Below the pieces are notes generated by a model that was not told the origin of the DNA, made no database searches, and saw only the letters and a list, made by a program, of their open reading frames with translations. From Octopus sinensis (taxonomy: Eukaryota), in contig NW_021828301.1 of NCBI RefSeq assembly GCF_006345805.1, forward strand, positions 1 through 8,880: a stretch of DNA of 8,880 nucleotides. The letters run 5' to 3'. Positions 8,791 to 8,880 of the stretch are shown here, piece after piece. The position numbers and the translations under genes are program-made. How positions within the stretch are numbered: the first letter of the stretch is position 1; the number at the start of each line of letters is the position of its first letter.

Positions 8791-8880
8791 TCAAGATTCC
8801 AGTTCTTTTTGAAATTTGGCAACGAAGGATCGGGCGACTTTCAGGAAGCGAACTATCTCTGTGTCACTATGCTGCATTTA
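8791..8880 (-). pseudogene. remnant of a Tc1/mariner-superfamily (maT/DD37D-like) transposase N-terminal HTH region
   Basis: The minus frame 8877-8794 reads MQHSDTEIVRFLKVARSFVAKFQKELES*. This closely resembles the HSDxEIxxFLKVARSFVxKxRKELE motif I recall from invertebrate mariner-like transposases. Weaker in-frame traces (IRT, PWKSL, IIHQ) with stops extend to ~8640. Confidence 0.6.

Overview
AT-rich eukaryotic non-coding DNA, probably intronic or intergenic and dominated by repeats. The SINE sequences resemble those I recall from octopod cephalopods (Octopus), so that taxonomic call is an inference. The window holds five copies of one ~410-bp tRNA-derived SINE (four on +, one on -) and a degenerate copy of a second tRNA-SINE family. 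It also holds a 393-bp non-autonomous Helitron (A|TC...hairpin-CTAG|T) with an internal 101-bp tandem duplication, and a decayed Tc1/mariner-type transposase N-terminus at the right edge. Three short remnants of an older repeat and many microsatellites fill much of the rest. Two structures stand out: a 79-bp near-perfect hairpin (37/38 bp, single A:C mismatch) at 6598-6676, and an old ~0.5-kb duplicated unit with a decayed coding signature (2107-2603 vs 4462-5360), whose second copy is split by a young SINE. No complete gene is supported. Most listed ORFs are artefacts of microsatellites or SINEs, and only a few low-confidence exon candidates remain.
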